Counted from the first letter of the stretch, positions 21,601 to 44,903 are shown. The stretch: DNA of 64,000 bases from Amoebidium appalachense (GCA_963693365.1 CAVNZM010000012.1:7506001-7570000), one strand, 5' to 3'. Made by a program: numbers and translations. Notes: generated from the letters alone by a model not told the origin.

Positions 21601-22351
21601 GCCCCGCCAAAGGCGGGTCTGTATCACACTACTTGCTAGTTATGTATGTGCCAGCGTTTATACGTTTATGTTTTTGTGTCAAACATGAAATGTCATAGCT
21701 GTGTTCACCAATCAGATGCAAACAGTTTTTATTCAACCAATCATATAACAGAACAGGAGATTTGGGATTGGCTTACCTCGCACCCTTAGGAATGTATCGC
21801 TCGATTGCTTTTTCGATTCTGACCAATCAAATGACTTTTAAAAGGGTTTGAACTACCCGAATTGATGCAGGGGCAGGGCTCAAATCAAATTCATCGAAAT
21901 AAGGCTCACATTATCGTTGCTTTACGGTTTTAGACTGACTTAGTCGAGTCTAAATCTAAATACACGGGTATATTATACCGATAGCTTTAAACATTTAGCC
22001 CCTGAAGGCCAGTATCCAGCCGAATCAGTCACAGCCCCCACGCCTGACACCCGCACGTTTCTGTGCGTTTCGGTAACAAACGAAAACGCAAAAGTAACAA
22101 GCCACAGAGAGCAGAGTATCAAAATAGGAGGACATGTGGATATAATAAATTTATGTTAGAAGGAGTGGAGGTAGCGGACACAGGCTTTCTTTCTCAACTA
22201 GGTATCGCTTCTAGCTCTTGACAGCCTTGCCTTTTCTTCATAATTTGGTGTATGACCCCAGGAAAACCTCTCCTGTCCAGAAGGAGGTAGGGGGTAGGCA
22301 GAACGAGATTTTGTGACAAAGAGAGGGGTGGCTTGCCCCTTACGTGGCACC

Positions 22352-30959
<8,608 letters not shown>

Positions 30960-31127
30960 AATTTCGGCAAATTTAGTGGAACTTCTGAATATTTACACAG
31001 TGGTGGAATGTTGATTATGTGCATTTGAGGGGAAAATCTTTGGGGGGAGACCATCACGGGAGATCACTGCGAACGTAATGAAATGCAAAGCATGTGCATG
31101 TGGAATGTTGGAATGTTGGAGTGTTGC

Positions 31128-31280
31128 ATATGAGCATTTTGGTGGAGCTAATGATGTGAGCGTTTTGGTGGAATTTTGGATGTGAGCATTTTGGTGGAAT
31201 TTTGAATGTGAGCATTTTGGGGAATTTTGGATGTGGAGCATTTTGGTGGAATTTTGGATGTGAGCATTTTGAGGGAATTT
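31128..31280. repeat. ~26-bp minisatellite (GAGCATTTTGGTGGAATTTTGGATGT)n, about 6 imperfect copies
   Basis: Directly visible tandem units just downstream of the RGS-PAS stop codon. Confidence 0.85.
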
Positions 31281-33444
31281 AGACAAGTGCATGAAAGCGG
31301 CCTACGGTGTTTGCTGTTAACGACTGCCCTAATGGATGCATCCATACACACGCTGTTTTTGAACGCACGTGTACATGTGCGTGTGTGGGCGCACACGTGT
31401 GTTCTTTGTGTGTGTGTGTGCGGGTGTGCCTGCCCAGTGTGTGTGGAAGGCATGGTGTTGGTTTGGGTGCATGCGTTTGTGATGTGTATGCACACACGCG
31501 TGCGGGCTCATGGAGCTGTGCACTTGACAAGTGGGTTTTTTTGTTTTTGTTTTTTTTGTTTTTTTTTGGGGGGGGGGGGGGGGGGGGACGTTAGCCCATC
31601 GGCCAAACTTTCTCCTTGCAGGTAAAACCATATCTCGATGCCCTTCCCCTCTTTTCAGGACCTGATAATTCTATGCATAGGTTGTTTGATTGGAACCATA
31701 GCCCACTTTCTTACATGAACAATCCTGTATACTTTTTCCTGAAAATTCTACTAAACCCCATTCTCACATCTCGTAGGACTACATCCTATTCAAAAAAAGA
31801 AATTTCTTTTGAACCCCCCTTTCTCGCATGATCTCTAATACACAATTTGAATCGCATAATTCTCCTCTACAAACATAGTCGCACACGTCACTTTTCATGA
31901 CGCTGTTGCGAAAATCTAGAAACCAAGGGTGTACTAAATTTAGTGCATGTATGTAGCTGATGTGGCAAACCGTTACTTTAAGGTGTGCTTGCTATGTACT
32001 AGGATACTTGATGGTGCGTGAGGTGTGAATTAGTTGCGCAATGCATGTGCCTTTAACTTCCCATTTTTTTTTAAGATTGGTGATGTATTTTTCTTAAAGA
32101 CGTACGATGAAGTACGGCCCACCTGGTATCTGTAGGTGCCAGTGATGGAAAGCGTGGAGACGCATACTTGCACGTGCCGAAGTATCCTCTTTTTTTTAAT
32201 TTTCTTTTTCTTTTTTTTATGGCCCCTGGGATATTATCACCATCTGACATCTTGATGTATGCCTAAATAGAGTCTAAAAGTCCGCGTGAGGATTCATTGA
32301 TTGTACAGTAAAAAAAAAAAAAAAAAGTCTTTCCGGGCCTTAGCCACAAGAATTTCACAGCTAACAAATATCTCAGATATGTGTACACCGATAAAAGTGA
32401 TTTAAGACCCCCCCCCCCCCCCCCCCCCCCCCCACCACCACCACCACCACCACCACCACCACCACACACACAGACACATGCACATCCCCACGCGAGCATT
32501 GTAAAAAGCCCCCCCCCCCCCCCCTCCCCCCCCCCCCCCCCTTCCCCTTGCAATTGATGACTTGGGCCCTCCCTGAGGATGGGCTCCGCTTATGACGCAT
32601 ACTGTGCGCATGGCTGATGTTGCATACTTGAATGTTTGCATTTGCATGTGTCCTTCGTGTATGCGTACTTCGTACCGTGTTCCGCATTCAAACCTCCCCC
32701 CCTTCCCTCTCGGCCTCCCAGAAGTGCCCCTCCCTTCCTCCTCCCTCGCCGCCCCCCCCTCAACATCGTGACAAGCATGCACACACAACTGTAACCCCCC
32801 CCCCCCCCCCCCCCCCCCCCCGGGGCCTTTCCTCCCCAGTGGCACACCTCATCTATAAACCCTACTCATGAGCTCACCAACCCCACTTCCCCCACCTCCC
32901 CCCGCCCCCCCTTCTCCCGGCCCCCCTCCCTCTCACCAAGGTTGCCAGTCACTCTATTCGTTGTGTGCCCTTTATAGGGTGATCTGTCTGAGCTTTGCAC
33001 ACCTAGTGCTAGTATTTAATCCTAAAACATGGTTTTTATGAAAGGACTTGATTTAGCCAACCTTCCCCCCCCCCCCCCCTCCCCACCCCACCCCACCCCT
33101 CACACACGTGGTCAAACACGTGGCAGCTAAGGCACGTTATAGCAAATCTAATGATTATGAACATGAAAACTGAAATTTTCTTTTGTGTGTGTGTGTGTGT
33201 GTTTGTTGCAGAGAGGGGGGGGGGGGGGGGGAGGAGGGGGGGGGGGGGGGGGGGACGTTAACCCCGGGGGTGATCGATTCACAGAATCTGTACAGAAGCA
33301 CATAAAGAGCACTCATGGTATCATAATCATAAAGCAGAGCCCATCCTTTAATAGGGAACCCAAATGAGCCGCAGTGCCAAATTTTTGATCCATGTAGAGA
33401 TTTGAGGGCACCTTTTGGGTGGGGTTGCCGACGGTGCGGGTGTG

Positions 33445-33525
<81 letters not shown>

Positions 33526-33661
33526 GGGTAGGGGAGGAGGGGGGGAGGGGCACGGCCGTTTGTGTGTGTGTCCGTGTGTGTGTGCTGGGGTAGGGGGGAG
33601 GGGGGGGGAGGGGCACGGCCGTTTAGAACTGCTGCTGTTCAAGGTGGCCGTGGGCCGGAGG

Positions 33662-33747
<86 letters not shown>

Positions 33748-33770
33748 GGGAGGGGGGAGTGGGGGGTGAG

Positions 33771-33808
<38 letters not shown>

Positions 33809-35530
33809 GAGGGAGGGGGAGAAGAAATACTACCTACTATGTTTGAGAACTAATTCCAAACCGGTACCTTTTTCCCGGTTTTTGCCGTTGTGTAAAGTAG
33901 ACGGCAAGGCATTCGGATGTTTTTGTTTTTTTTTGTTTTTTTTTTGTTGCCCCAAAGTTTTTTTGGGAGAGGGGCGGGGGGGGGGGGCAGATTGATAAGT
34001 ATTTGTATTCATTTATTTATTTTCATGTTAGTAATTTACTATTTATCGACTTGAATACAATGTATGCTCATAAAGTAAATATTCTGCATGCCAAAACTGC
34101 CACATGCACGAGACTAGTCAATTTACTCATTATCAACGTCAATACTTTCACTTTATGACACGTGCGGGTGAGCATGACCCTAACTAAGCACCCTACCGTG
34201 GCTGGATATGTAGATGTCAACGTACACATGCCAAAAATATCCTGCATAGCTTAGCATAAACCTAAACCGTTTGGTTGCTTTTAGTGGGCATGCGATGCCG
34301 GCATAGAAGGCACTGCATGTACACACGGACACTTGAACATTGATGGCAATTGCTTGCCATGGCATGTGCCGTGGTTCTAATATTAGTTGTGCTTGAGTTG
34401 AACTTGATTACCGTACGGAAAAGCGATAAAGCAGGAGCAATCAGATTACTGCGTAGCCAAATAAGGTAATCTGTTCCCATATCCTAGGACGGCACAACCT
34501 TGTGTATGTACATAGGGTATACATAAATCGCTCATTGCAGCTGCCTTCACTCCGGCAGTTGTCAGGTTTACCTGGGGACAAAATACAAAACAAAAACACC
34601 CTATAAGGTGAAGCGAGGCTATGTGGGCAAGCTGTAGGGCCTACTGACAATAATAGACGAACACTACTTATGCAGACCATCGCACATGTTGAAAAATACC
34701 TTTCAACAAAGCACAAGTTTGCTCACACCTGCCCACGATGATTGGGTAGCACATGGGTATCATCAGGACCTTACCAGGACACGTGCACCCACGCACACAC
34801 GAAGACGCGATGCACACACGTGCGCATGTGCACTGCATACACTGATGATGTATGCACACACATGTGCACACATTTGCACACATGCACGCATCAAGTGGCA
34901 CACAAAGGCTTGCAAAATCCTGAGGGACTCTGCTTATTTTTTGTAGGCTATGCATGCATATTTGGGCCGGGGTTTCGCAACAGGAGCTTTTCATTTGGCG
35001 CCTGTTCTTTATCCTGCTCTACTGATTGGGTTTAAAAAAATCTTCCATGTTTAAATAAGATTTATGCAATCAAATAAATTATTTTAAAGTATCTCATTCG
35101 TCTCTTTCACCCCTGTTTCGTCGCTTGCCTGACTCGCTGACTCCCTTGTAATGAAGGGTTTTCTCGTGCGTTTTCAAACTTTTCTGCGTTCGACTCGATG
35201 ATCTGTTTCTTCCCTTTCTTCCCTTTCATTCTTCAACTTGTTCATCAAAAACGAGGCATAGTTGTGTAATTTATGTGTTAAGCGTTTCTCGTGTAGGATG
35301 ATTAGCCTTAACAGTCTGTAAAGGCAGTAGCATTTTGGGGGTGAAAGCACCAACCACGTTTTCATGTAGTCACCTCTTGTGAGTTCTTCGTTGTTATACG
35401 TTGCTGCATTTCCGTGTTGAATCCGACAGTATCGCCACTGGAAGAAAGAAATCGTTTGAAACTGCAGGGGTTGGATAAAGAGTGCCGCTGGAAGCAGTTA
35501 AAGGTGACTGTCCTTGAAGTAGGCCTGAAC

Positions 35531-35851
35531 ATGGCGGCTACAACCTGGTGCCCACTTGAGGGAAACTACGCTCACTATCTGCTAAACAACAAAGGTGAGC
35601 GGGGGGAGAAAACGATGTCTTGTGGAACCAAAAACGTTACATGTTAGTGATACATGCGAGTCAAGCCATGTGAGTGATTTTACTGGAATATAATGTTTGT
35701 ACAGGTGTAAGGGGAGGCGTCTACGTTCGCAAGCAAAGATGTGTGTGTTATGCTGCCTGCAAGGTGTATTTGTTACGTGCGTGTGTGTGTGTGCTCGTGT
35801 GTGTGGGTGTGTGGGCGCGTTAATGCACACGGGTTGCACGAGTGCACACCC

Positions 35852-35912
<61 letters not shown>

Positions 35913-36255
35913 CGCGCGCGTGACGGCACATGTGTTCGTGCTCGCACCTGTATGCTTCTGAGCCTATTTGTACGTTCCTTGCAATCCATGCTCAAGCGAT
36001 GCTTTTGAATACTGTTTGGCTGAAGACCATAAAGCCAGGAATCACGTTTTAACGTTCACTGGCGCACCAGCATACGAAAAATGGCTAATAAGCACGGGGA
36101 TTGAAATACATAGACGCACACACCTCTTATGTGCATGAACGGTTTAGCACACTCAACGAGAGCTCACGTGCCGGTCTGAGAAACAGGACGAACGGGTGCT
36201 TCAAGTGAATATGCTGGGTAACACGGCCATGGGTGTGTGAATGCGTGCATAAGGG

Positions 36256-36322
<67 letters not shown>

Positions 36323-36673
36323 GTGATTGGGCGTCCGGAGGGGGGTAGAAGGAGGGGAGTAACGTGTGCGCTTGTTTTTGAGTACGTGCGGGTGCTTGCG
36401 CTTGCGTGTATCTACGTGTGTGCGTGTCCGTGTGTGTGTGTATGCGCGTGCGCGCGTGTATTTGTTTGCACATGTGTGCTTTAACGTATGTGTGTGTGTG
36501 TGTGTGTGTGCTCGTATCCATGATTTCTGTATGGCTGCGTTCATGTATGTACCTGCTCGCACATGAATCGGCACAATCGTGTAGGTGTGGTTGCACGTTC
36601 GCCATGCAAGCTGACATCTGGATGAGACTTTTTCTGGGGTAGAATTTGTACCACTTCTCCAACAATGGCAAGG

Positions 36674-36741
<68 letters not shown>

Positions 36742-37356
36742 CAAATCTACACATGTACACATACCCTCGTGCGTGTACTCACGTTCAAATTTACAAAACG
36801 GCCCGAGCAAAGACGGTTAGTATGCAACTAGGGGGAGAAAATGAGTCGAAGACAACAGTTTGCTTTTTTTGGGGGGGGGGGGAGGGGAAGGGGGGGGGGG
36901 GGGGGGGGGAGGGGGGGGGGGAGGGGAGGGGAAAGGGGGAGCAAAGAATGAAAGGATTACCTAGACAACGACCCCTCTCCCCCCGCCATCTCCCCCCATC
37001 TCCTGTGCCCCTGCCCGCCGCCCGCAGCGTTTTAGTTCAAAGCCATCGTTTTTCTTCATGCTATGCCTTTCGTGAGATGTGTGGCACTTCTGTGTTTTTC
37101 AAAAAAAAAAATACTAAAAAGTTTCGAAATTTATGTTTTCCGGTAAATTTATTGACGTTTTTTGCTCTGTTGCAGCGCCAGCCAAGACCATGGGGAGTCT
37201 GAAGAGGAGGCACGGCGACGACGAACCGGCAGGCTTCTGCGTAGGTGCCCCTTTAAAATTTTGATATATTTAAACTTAACGTTAAAATGGATGTTTCTGC
37301 AGCATATGCAGATTGAGGAGATTGGTGTGGGCGTGTGGTGTGTATACTGTGTGCGC

Positions 37357-37387
<31 letters not shown>

Positions 37388-37401
37388 GTGCGCGCGCGCG
37401 C

Positions 37402-37454
<53 letters not shown>

Positions 37455-37503
37455 ACGTGCGTGTGTGTGTGTGTGTGTGTGTGTGTATTGGTGTGTGTGC
37501 GCG

Positions 37504-37548
<45 letters not shown>

Positions 37549-38074
37549 TGCGGGCGCGCCCGCCCGCGCGCATGCCTGAGCACTTTTTTTTTTTTTGGGG
37601 GGGGGGGGGGGGGGTATGTTTGCAACACGAGGCCTGCATGTGAATGGCCCTATCTCTCCTCTGGGGGGTTGAAAAGGTTGTTCATGCGGGTTGGTATTTA
37701 CACATCTACTACTTGCACCTGTCTGCCTGTGGGTACCCAATCTGTTGACGGTTTAATGGTTTGTTCTGTTCTCTATTCTATCGTTCTTTCACTTTTTATT
37801 TGCCCCCCCTCCCCCCTCCCCCCCCTCCTCCTCCTCCTCCTCCGCCCTCCACTCCCTTCCCCTGAGGCTAAAACAGCGGGTTTAAACAATATCATGTCCG
37901 GTTCTGAGAAATGAGATTGTTTAATCCCCCCCCCCCCCCCCCCCCCCCCCACCCACCCCCCGCCCCTTCTTTCACCAGTTATCAGGATCCTCATTTTTAT
38001 CGTCCATTCCGTCTGCAGTGAGTTCCCGTCTTGACATTTCCCTCCTTTCCCGTGCCGAATTCCACCCGTCTGCC

Positions 38075-38123
<49 letters not shown>

Positions 38124-38764
38124 TCACACAGAGATACAGGCACAGACAAGCACAAGCACACACCCCCGTGTATGCACATACCGACACGTACACAACACAC
38201 ACACATTTGCACGTGCACACAAGCACGTGAAGGCACACACGTAACGATTGCACTCATCCCACTTGCTCCCAATGTGCGTCATAAGCTCTAGAACATACAT
38301 CTTGCATGATTTCCCCCCCTTTTCTTCATTTCTCCCCCTGTTTTTCTACTGTGTGCCTCGTTATTTTTATTGAACCCCCACCTCACCAACTTTCCACAGA
38401 AACGAGGACACTGGGACGACCACGAAAATTCAGACTCCCCCCACCAAACCCCCCAATGGCACCTCAACACCCCCAGCCCCATTCCCACCGCCGCGATGGC
38501 TCAATGTGTTATCACCGCCCCCGTCTCCCCTAACGGATCCCCCCACAACCAATTCACGCAAAGCGAAAATATGATGATGGAAATGTGTGCGGGCGACAAC
38601 AACGCGAGTCATATGAGTGGTGGGGCGCACCCAGAGGGGGGTTCGGCGGGGGCGGGGGTCGCAAACGGAGGGGGGATCGGGGTGGTGTCTGGGGAGACGG
38701 ATGCGCATGGCAAGGGGGGGAGGAGGATGGGTTTTTCACTGGGGTGGAGGGCGTCGTGTCAGAG

Positions 38765-38795
<31 letters not shown>

Positions 38796-38810
38796 GGGGG
38801 GGGGGGGTGT

Positions 38811-38842
<32 letters not shown>

Positions 38843-38875
38843 GGCCCGGGGGGGGGGAAGGGGGGGGAGGTTTTT

Positions 38876-38925
<50 letters not shown>

Positions 38926-39110
38926 GGCAGGTTGTGTGCGGTTGTGTGGGTGGGTTGGTGGGTGGACGGTGGTTGTTTTGCGTGTGTAATGTGCAGTTTT
39001 CTCCCGTCTCTTTGTTGTATGCGTGTGCCCGCCCTATGCCCTTGTGTGTGTGTGTGCCTGTTTGTGTGCATGTGTGCATGTGTACACACACTATCCTGAA
39101 TCTCAACACC

Positions 39111-39143
<33 letters not shown>

Positions 39144-39175
39144 CCCTCCCCTTTTCAATTGGTTCTTTTCTGCTA

Positions 39176-39209
<34 letters not shown>

Positions 39210-39450
39210 CCCCACCACCACCACAAAAAAAAAAAGAAAGAAAGAAAAAGAAGAAAAAAAGAAAAAAAAATAAGGGAAGAAAAAAAAAGGGTAAAAAGGA
39301 AGAAAGGACAAAAAATAAATAAAAGATAAAAAAGAAAAGTGATAATGAAAAGGACACACAGACGGCCGTGTTTCATATTCTGTTCGTTTCTTTGATCCTA
39401 ACATTTGCCTCACTGCTGATTTTCGTGGTGGATACGTGTGCTCGGTACTG

Positions 39451-39483
<33 letters not shown>

Positions 39484-39710
39484 TTCGTCTCTCTCACTTT
39501 CTCTCCCTCCCTCCCTATATCTCTCTCCCCCTCCCCCCCTCCTCCCCCCTCTCCCTCCCTCCCTCCCCCTCCCTCCCCTCCCTTTCTTTTCTGGGCCCTC
39601 CCTCCCTCCCTCTCTCTCTGTCTGCTCCCACCATCCCCCCTCCCCCCCCTTTCCCCCTTCTCCTTGGCAGGTGCATGAGGGGAGAGCCAGGCCACATGTC
39701 CCACCAGTAG
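35531..39710 (+). CDS. Small (~190 aa) mostly disordered protein with a C10orf143-like C-terminal motif
   Basis: Phase-consistent exons 35531-35594, 37176-37240, 37979-38017, 38400-38764, 39671-39710 (573 nt). It ends [16 protein letters not shown], resembling the CxRCxxGExGHxxH terminus I recall for C10orf143-family proteins. Basic patches LKRRH and PSAKR may be an NLS. The first exon is uncertain. Confidence 0.6.
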
Positions 39711-41081
39711 CCACATCTGTGTGGTGGGTTGTATATCTAATGTGTTTTTGTGGATAGACAGTAGATAGTCATGTGTAAATTGCCATGTAGATGTGTGGTT
39801 TTCACCACGCAAGCAAGTTCAAGCACTAGTGAAGCGGTATTCGAAGTGTGTGCACTTTTTGTTTTTTTGCCTTTTTCTGCATGGTTTTGACTGCGACCCT
39901 GCTGTCGATCCTGATACGTATGGAAGTAAGCTAGAAAAAATCAGGTTTGTTTTTCTGCCCTGAGAGTTGGGGGCGATGTCGAATGCAACAGCTGCGGTGT
40001 CAAGGCTCTCTTGGTTTTCCCTTTCCTTTCCTGTCTTCGTCTTCTTCTTCTCCTCCTTTTTTTATTTTTTATCTCATCTATTTATTTATTTATTTATTTA
40101 TTTATTTACTTGGGTGCACATGTGTGTGTGGGGAGGGAGGGGGGAGGGGGGGGGGGGGGGGGGGGGGAGGGGGGGGGGGAGGGGGAATTCAACAACAATG
40201 TATTTCTGCTCTGTCCGGATATTCTGTGTAGAAAACGATTTGGATAACGTGAATGTATGCAGGCAAGAACACGATGTAGCTGTTAAATTTCGGACAATCG
40301 GTCAAGAGAATTAGCTGTGACATGTGCGAGAAAACGAGTATGCAGGGTTTGCAAAAAAAAAATCTTTTGACTGGATTTATTCGACGGAAAGATATGCAAG
40401 TATGCACGGCATACTGAGAAGACAATAAAAACTTCACGAGTTATCCAGTAACAAGTGCATACTGAGATACCTGAACACTCTGTGAAAATCATATAAATAC
40501 TCAATGTGACGACCAACAGAATTCAACAAAAAGTCTAAAGTGTTCACATTGCCAGCTAGTGTAGCAGACACCCGTAGGGAAAGAGGTAAAACGCGACATA
40601 AAAACTCACACCTATCAACATGCTTGAGATTGAAAAGTTCAGCACAAAACTGAAAAATTACTCTGGTGTCCACAAGGATGCCCCCAATGGCAAACTGTAA
40701 GCCTATACGGGCTACATAGCTGCCCTCGGGTCATAACCCCCTCCAAGGTTTGCGAAATTTCACATTCCTAGCAAAGAGACAATAAAATAAGACCCCTGCA
40801 GGCTCCTTTTGTCCATTGGTCGCTTTAATGAGGGATTTCGTCTGTGAACCACACTTGGAAATAAAGGGGAAGTGAATGAGATACAAACACCTAGAGGCAC
40901 GCTATCATAATGCGTCGATTGTTGCATGTTGTTTGCTGTCCGATATCGATACTCACGGGATGATCTGATTAGCTGTGATATATTGTTCGTGTCTGAAGAG
41001 TAATTCGAACAATCAATACAGTAAATTTTAAGCATTACGTAAAGTCAGGAAAAACATCAAAGACTGAGGGGGAAAAAAAAA

Positions 41082-41116
<35 letters not shown>

Positions 41117-42847
41117 CTAATGTACTCAGACACGTGTGTACACAAATGCATCGATCCCCGGGAACGTATTTGCTGCTACAGTATTCATCTCGATAACAGC
41201 GTCAATTTATAGAACGTAGTGCACATGCATATGTTCGAAAACTGCACAGTGACACCATCATGTAGACGAAACTGTCTTTTTCTGCATGCGAGTACTCAGT
41301 GTTGGCAACACAGAACAGCACAATAGATTTCAAAAACAACTACAAGCTTTAAGTATATAGGAATATACATATGTACTTCATATATGTATCTGCAGAAGCT
41401 CACGAAATGTTTGCAGTCAACGAGCTTTGAAGACACAGAAATTTTGAACAGAAAAACTGTTACAGCAAAATCAACCACGTCATATTTGCCAATATTGCCC
41501 TGGCTCAAATTTGTCAACATGACATACTAATGCGCTTTTGCCTATATACATGATCGTACTAATCTAAACCACAGACAGGTGCACGCGCACATACACAATT
41601 GTATAAACGAATCCAAAATAGTCTGCAAGCTACTGAACCATGTGATACTTGGATGAGGCACGTACACGATAGAAAAGACGATTTTCTAATTAGCGAATTC
41701 TCACAAATAGGCTAATAACGAATGGAGAATTCGAGTGCACTACTTAACAGATCGATAATTAAATAAAAGCTAGGATATATATTTAAAAATAAAGCTATCA
41801 CGAGTCCTAGTACATATGAAAAACTTTTCGTTACCAAAATGCAAATGTGGTATGTCGAAGTAAATCAAAACATGCCGACACGCACATTTCAAAACACAGT
41901 TCACAACATTAATTTATCCTTCTTCTTCTGGAATGCTCGGACACTGGGCCCCCAAAAGGGCTTTCCCCCCGCGACACTCGACGATAAAATCAGCTACATA
42001 CAACAGCAGACAAAACAACCACACGTTTACAGTGGTTTGCGAAACACAGTTTAAAAACCACCACAAATTCAACTAATGATTGGTCGACACATACACACAC
42101 CCCGTCTATGAAAACTACTCCGGGACGTGTGTTGCCTCTAGGGGGACATCCCCTTGGACGAAAGTGAACCTGCAATGGTTGTAAACCACGGCAAGCCCCC
42201 AGTCATCAATTTATTGATCCGTGAGGTCCTTGTGCCCAAAAAACGGGGGAAGTCTTCGCCCCGTGAAAAAACAGCACGCATGTGTGGATCAATGGGGGTG
42301 AGTGTGGGTGTAGGTGGGTGGGTGAAAAGAAAATGTATAGCCGTAAGGGCTGTAGGTGCTCAACACAGAAGATGTGTTTGTAGCTTGCTGATCTGCTGAA
42401 AACTGTCTTGCTTATATACCTAAGCCTACCGACCTGAGCCAATTGAAAATCGATCCAGTGATATGTGAATCTGAATCGAACCAATCAAAATCGGTCTAGC
42501 GATATGTGGAATCTGATGTTTTGATTAGCTAATAGGTGCCCGTGTGCGAGCGGCCAATCGCGAACTGCTAAAACACGAAACGAAGCCTACATGGTTATGT
42601 CAATATCGAACACCCATCCTACGTGTTTACCCAGAAAAATATTTATGTCAATAAATTCCACAAATAAAACCTCTATGAAAACTACTCCGGGACGTGTGTT
42701 GCCTCTAGGGGGACATCCCCTTGGACGAAAGTGAACCTGCAATGGTTGTAAACCACGGCACGAGAGCAGTATGCTTGCTCCAAAGGTTTCACTTAAGGAT
42801 AGAGGCAAATACACGTTTGTTAGTGGCAGCCATGGGGGCCGGCGAAG

Positions 42848-43760
42848 TCGAGTATAGATCAGGGAACAGTCGGAAGATCATCTGCCAAGTTGTTGGATCC
42901 TGGAGTCGTCGACCCCGGCCTCGGCCAGGGCTGTGGCCCCCCCAATTCGGAGGCTGTGGCCGGCAAACCGGGAGGGTGAGAGGCCCGCCCGGGAGAGGAG
43001 GGCACGGAAGTCGTCAGAGAAAACACCCTTGGTGTAGGGAATGCCACCGAGACTGAACAGGGGGTCGTCAGGTTGACCGGATGTCGTATCCAGGAACTGC
43101 CGGAGGAGATGGGCTGGGGAGAAGTGGGTGAGAGGCAGGGCAGCTAGAGTGACGTTGACACTTAGGGCTGTACATCCATCTTGGAGGTTGGCAGGTGGAG
43201 GGTGGCATGGGACAAAGTACTGGTGGGGGTGTAGCTGAAGGTCACGTCCTTCCATTTCACGTGACGGGACGGGTCGAAGGAAGTCAGGGTCTTGGAGGTA
43301 AATTCCCACGAACGGAGGAGACCACAAAAACCGACGATGAGGGCCGTCCAAAGCCGGCGATTGGCTGAGGAGGCCTGGGTGGGGCACTGGCCATGGAGTA
43401 GGCCGAGGTGGGAGGGCAGGAGGGGTTCTCTGGGAGATGATCGGGGTCGGATGTTGTGAGAAAAGCTGCCATCTGCCCACCCCTTGTAGGAACCAGGCGA
43501 GAGACTTGTCGTGGGGGTAGGGAGCCGGAAGTCCCATGTCGAGGTGGAGTCTGGTGATAGCCGAATTGTAGCCGGCCAAGGAAGAGGCCTGTACCCCTTG
43601 TTGGGCACACCAGGCAAGAAAGAGCTGCACGGTGTGTGGGGAGGCCGGGAGGTAGGACCCGGAGGAGGATGGCAGCCGAGATGCCACAAAAATCGATGAA
43701 CACTTTCTGCACCCGGGAGTAGAAGGCCCGAGAGTCGAGGTTGAGACTCAGGGCCTGGCA
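42848..43760 (-). pseudogene. Tyrosine recombinase of the Ngaro element (frameshifted)
   Basis: Motifs spread over three frames: SRAFYSRVQKVFIDFC; LAGYNSAITRLH; GFCGLLRSWEF (catalytic R); TSKMD (K); GHSLRIGGAT (HxxR); LGR*SSDCSLIY (Trp codon turned TGA, then the catalytic Tyr). Confidence 0.88.
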
Positions 43761-44137
43761 TTCCTGCAGGGTAGTGGTGGCTCGAAGCAGCACGGCCGGA
43801 GCAAAGTGGAGGGCCAATCTGCCAGCGTTGCTCCGGAAGGGAAGATCGGGGGGGGGGGGGGGGGGAGGGGAGGGGGGTTGAGCCCAGGGGAAGGGAGAGG
43901 GCATGTGCCGGAAGGCAGCCTGCACGTCTGCCACTTACATGTAGCAGCCGGGGCCTGCGTCGAGAATGAGCTGGGGTCCCGGGCTTGTTTTTGTAGTAAC
44001 GGCGCCGATGGGGGAGGAACGGAGGACCGGAAACTCAGCAAGGAATTGGTCCGGGAAGAGGGTGGCCGCGCTGGTGGCCGAGGGGGGGCTGGGCCTCCGG
44101 GTCTGAGCCTCGGGGGAAGGTGTGGTTAGCAAGGGTG

Positions 44138-44903
44138 TGTTGGAGTACACTGGTACTCCCGGCTAGCAATGTCTGTTAGAGAAAGTTTCTGAGCAATTGA
44201 ATAACTGTTTCAACACTCACTCGAGTGCATAGAGCTTTTGTTTACGGTCATATTCATATATGGTAGTTATATGTTTGAGCCAAAACTGTACCAATGACGA
44301 GCTTCACTAGCAACGTGCTAATTGTGCTCTCTTTTCGGCTATTCCCGGTTCAGATGATGTCATGTCTATATTTGCCACAGGATTCTATTCTTAGAGTGGT
44401 AGTGTGCTTTATTCCCGGATATTCTCAGAATATTTTTAGTTGTGTGAAGCAAGATTTACGTTTAACTGCAATTGGTGTGTTAAACACGTTTATTTGTGTG
44501 CTTTAGTGCAAGTTAACTAGCCACTCAACGTGCACAGTTAACTTTTATATCTTTAACGACTTGTTTTCATTGTGCTCTCTTTTCGGCCATGCTGTACATG
44601 GCCCACCACCAGGGTGCACACGAGGCCACCATGAGGTGGCCAACGACTATATAAAGCAGTGCCTCCCATGTCACAAACATGGGAAGCAGAACGTTTGATT
44701 TACACTTTTCTACTGTCGTTTCCAGTGCACAAAACACATAGACTAGTTACCCATCATACACGACACTATGTCTGACAACTTACAGTTGCAGCAACTAGTC
44801 CAACTACTGGAGCAGAGGTTGGCCTCACAAGATGCAATCATTTCTGACTTACAGAAGGAACAACGTGCACTAGAACTAGCTTCTATGAACACAATGTCCA
44901 ACA
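44138..44903 (+). repeat. 5' LTR of Copia element
   Basis: Direct repeat of 49261-50026; TATATAAA at ~44648. Confidence 0.95.

Noticed and set aside
21868-22003. hAT-like MITE with CAGGGGC...GCCCCTG ends
   Set aside because: Only a 7-bp inverted repeat and no 8-bp TSD.
31128-31280. CRISPR-like array
   Set aside because: Units are directly tandem with no unique spacers, there are no cas genes, and the context is eukaryotic.
31900-35230. Possible minus-strand multi-exon gene (MKGKKGKKQIIESN... and scattered splice-like sites)
   Set aside because: I could not build a phase-consistent model or recognise a domain. It needs RNA-seq.
40281-41908. Possible solo LTR (TGTTA...CAACA) abutting the LINE-B start
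   Set aside because: The flanks (GTAGC and TTAAT) do not form a TSD, the left boundary is arbitrary, and there is no second copy in the window.
44294-44506. Identical 70-aa ORFs at 44294 and 49417, and repeated ORFs at 42206-42484 and 52048-52386
   Set aside because: These are chance frames within LTRs and Ngaro A repeats; their identity reflects the repeats, not genes.
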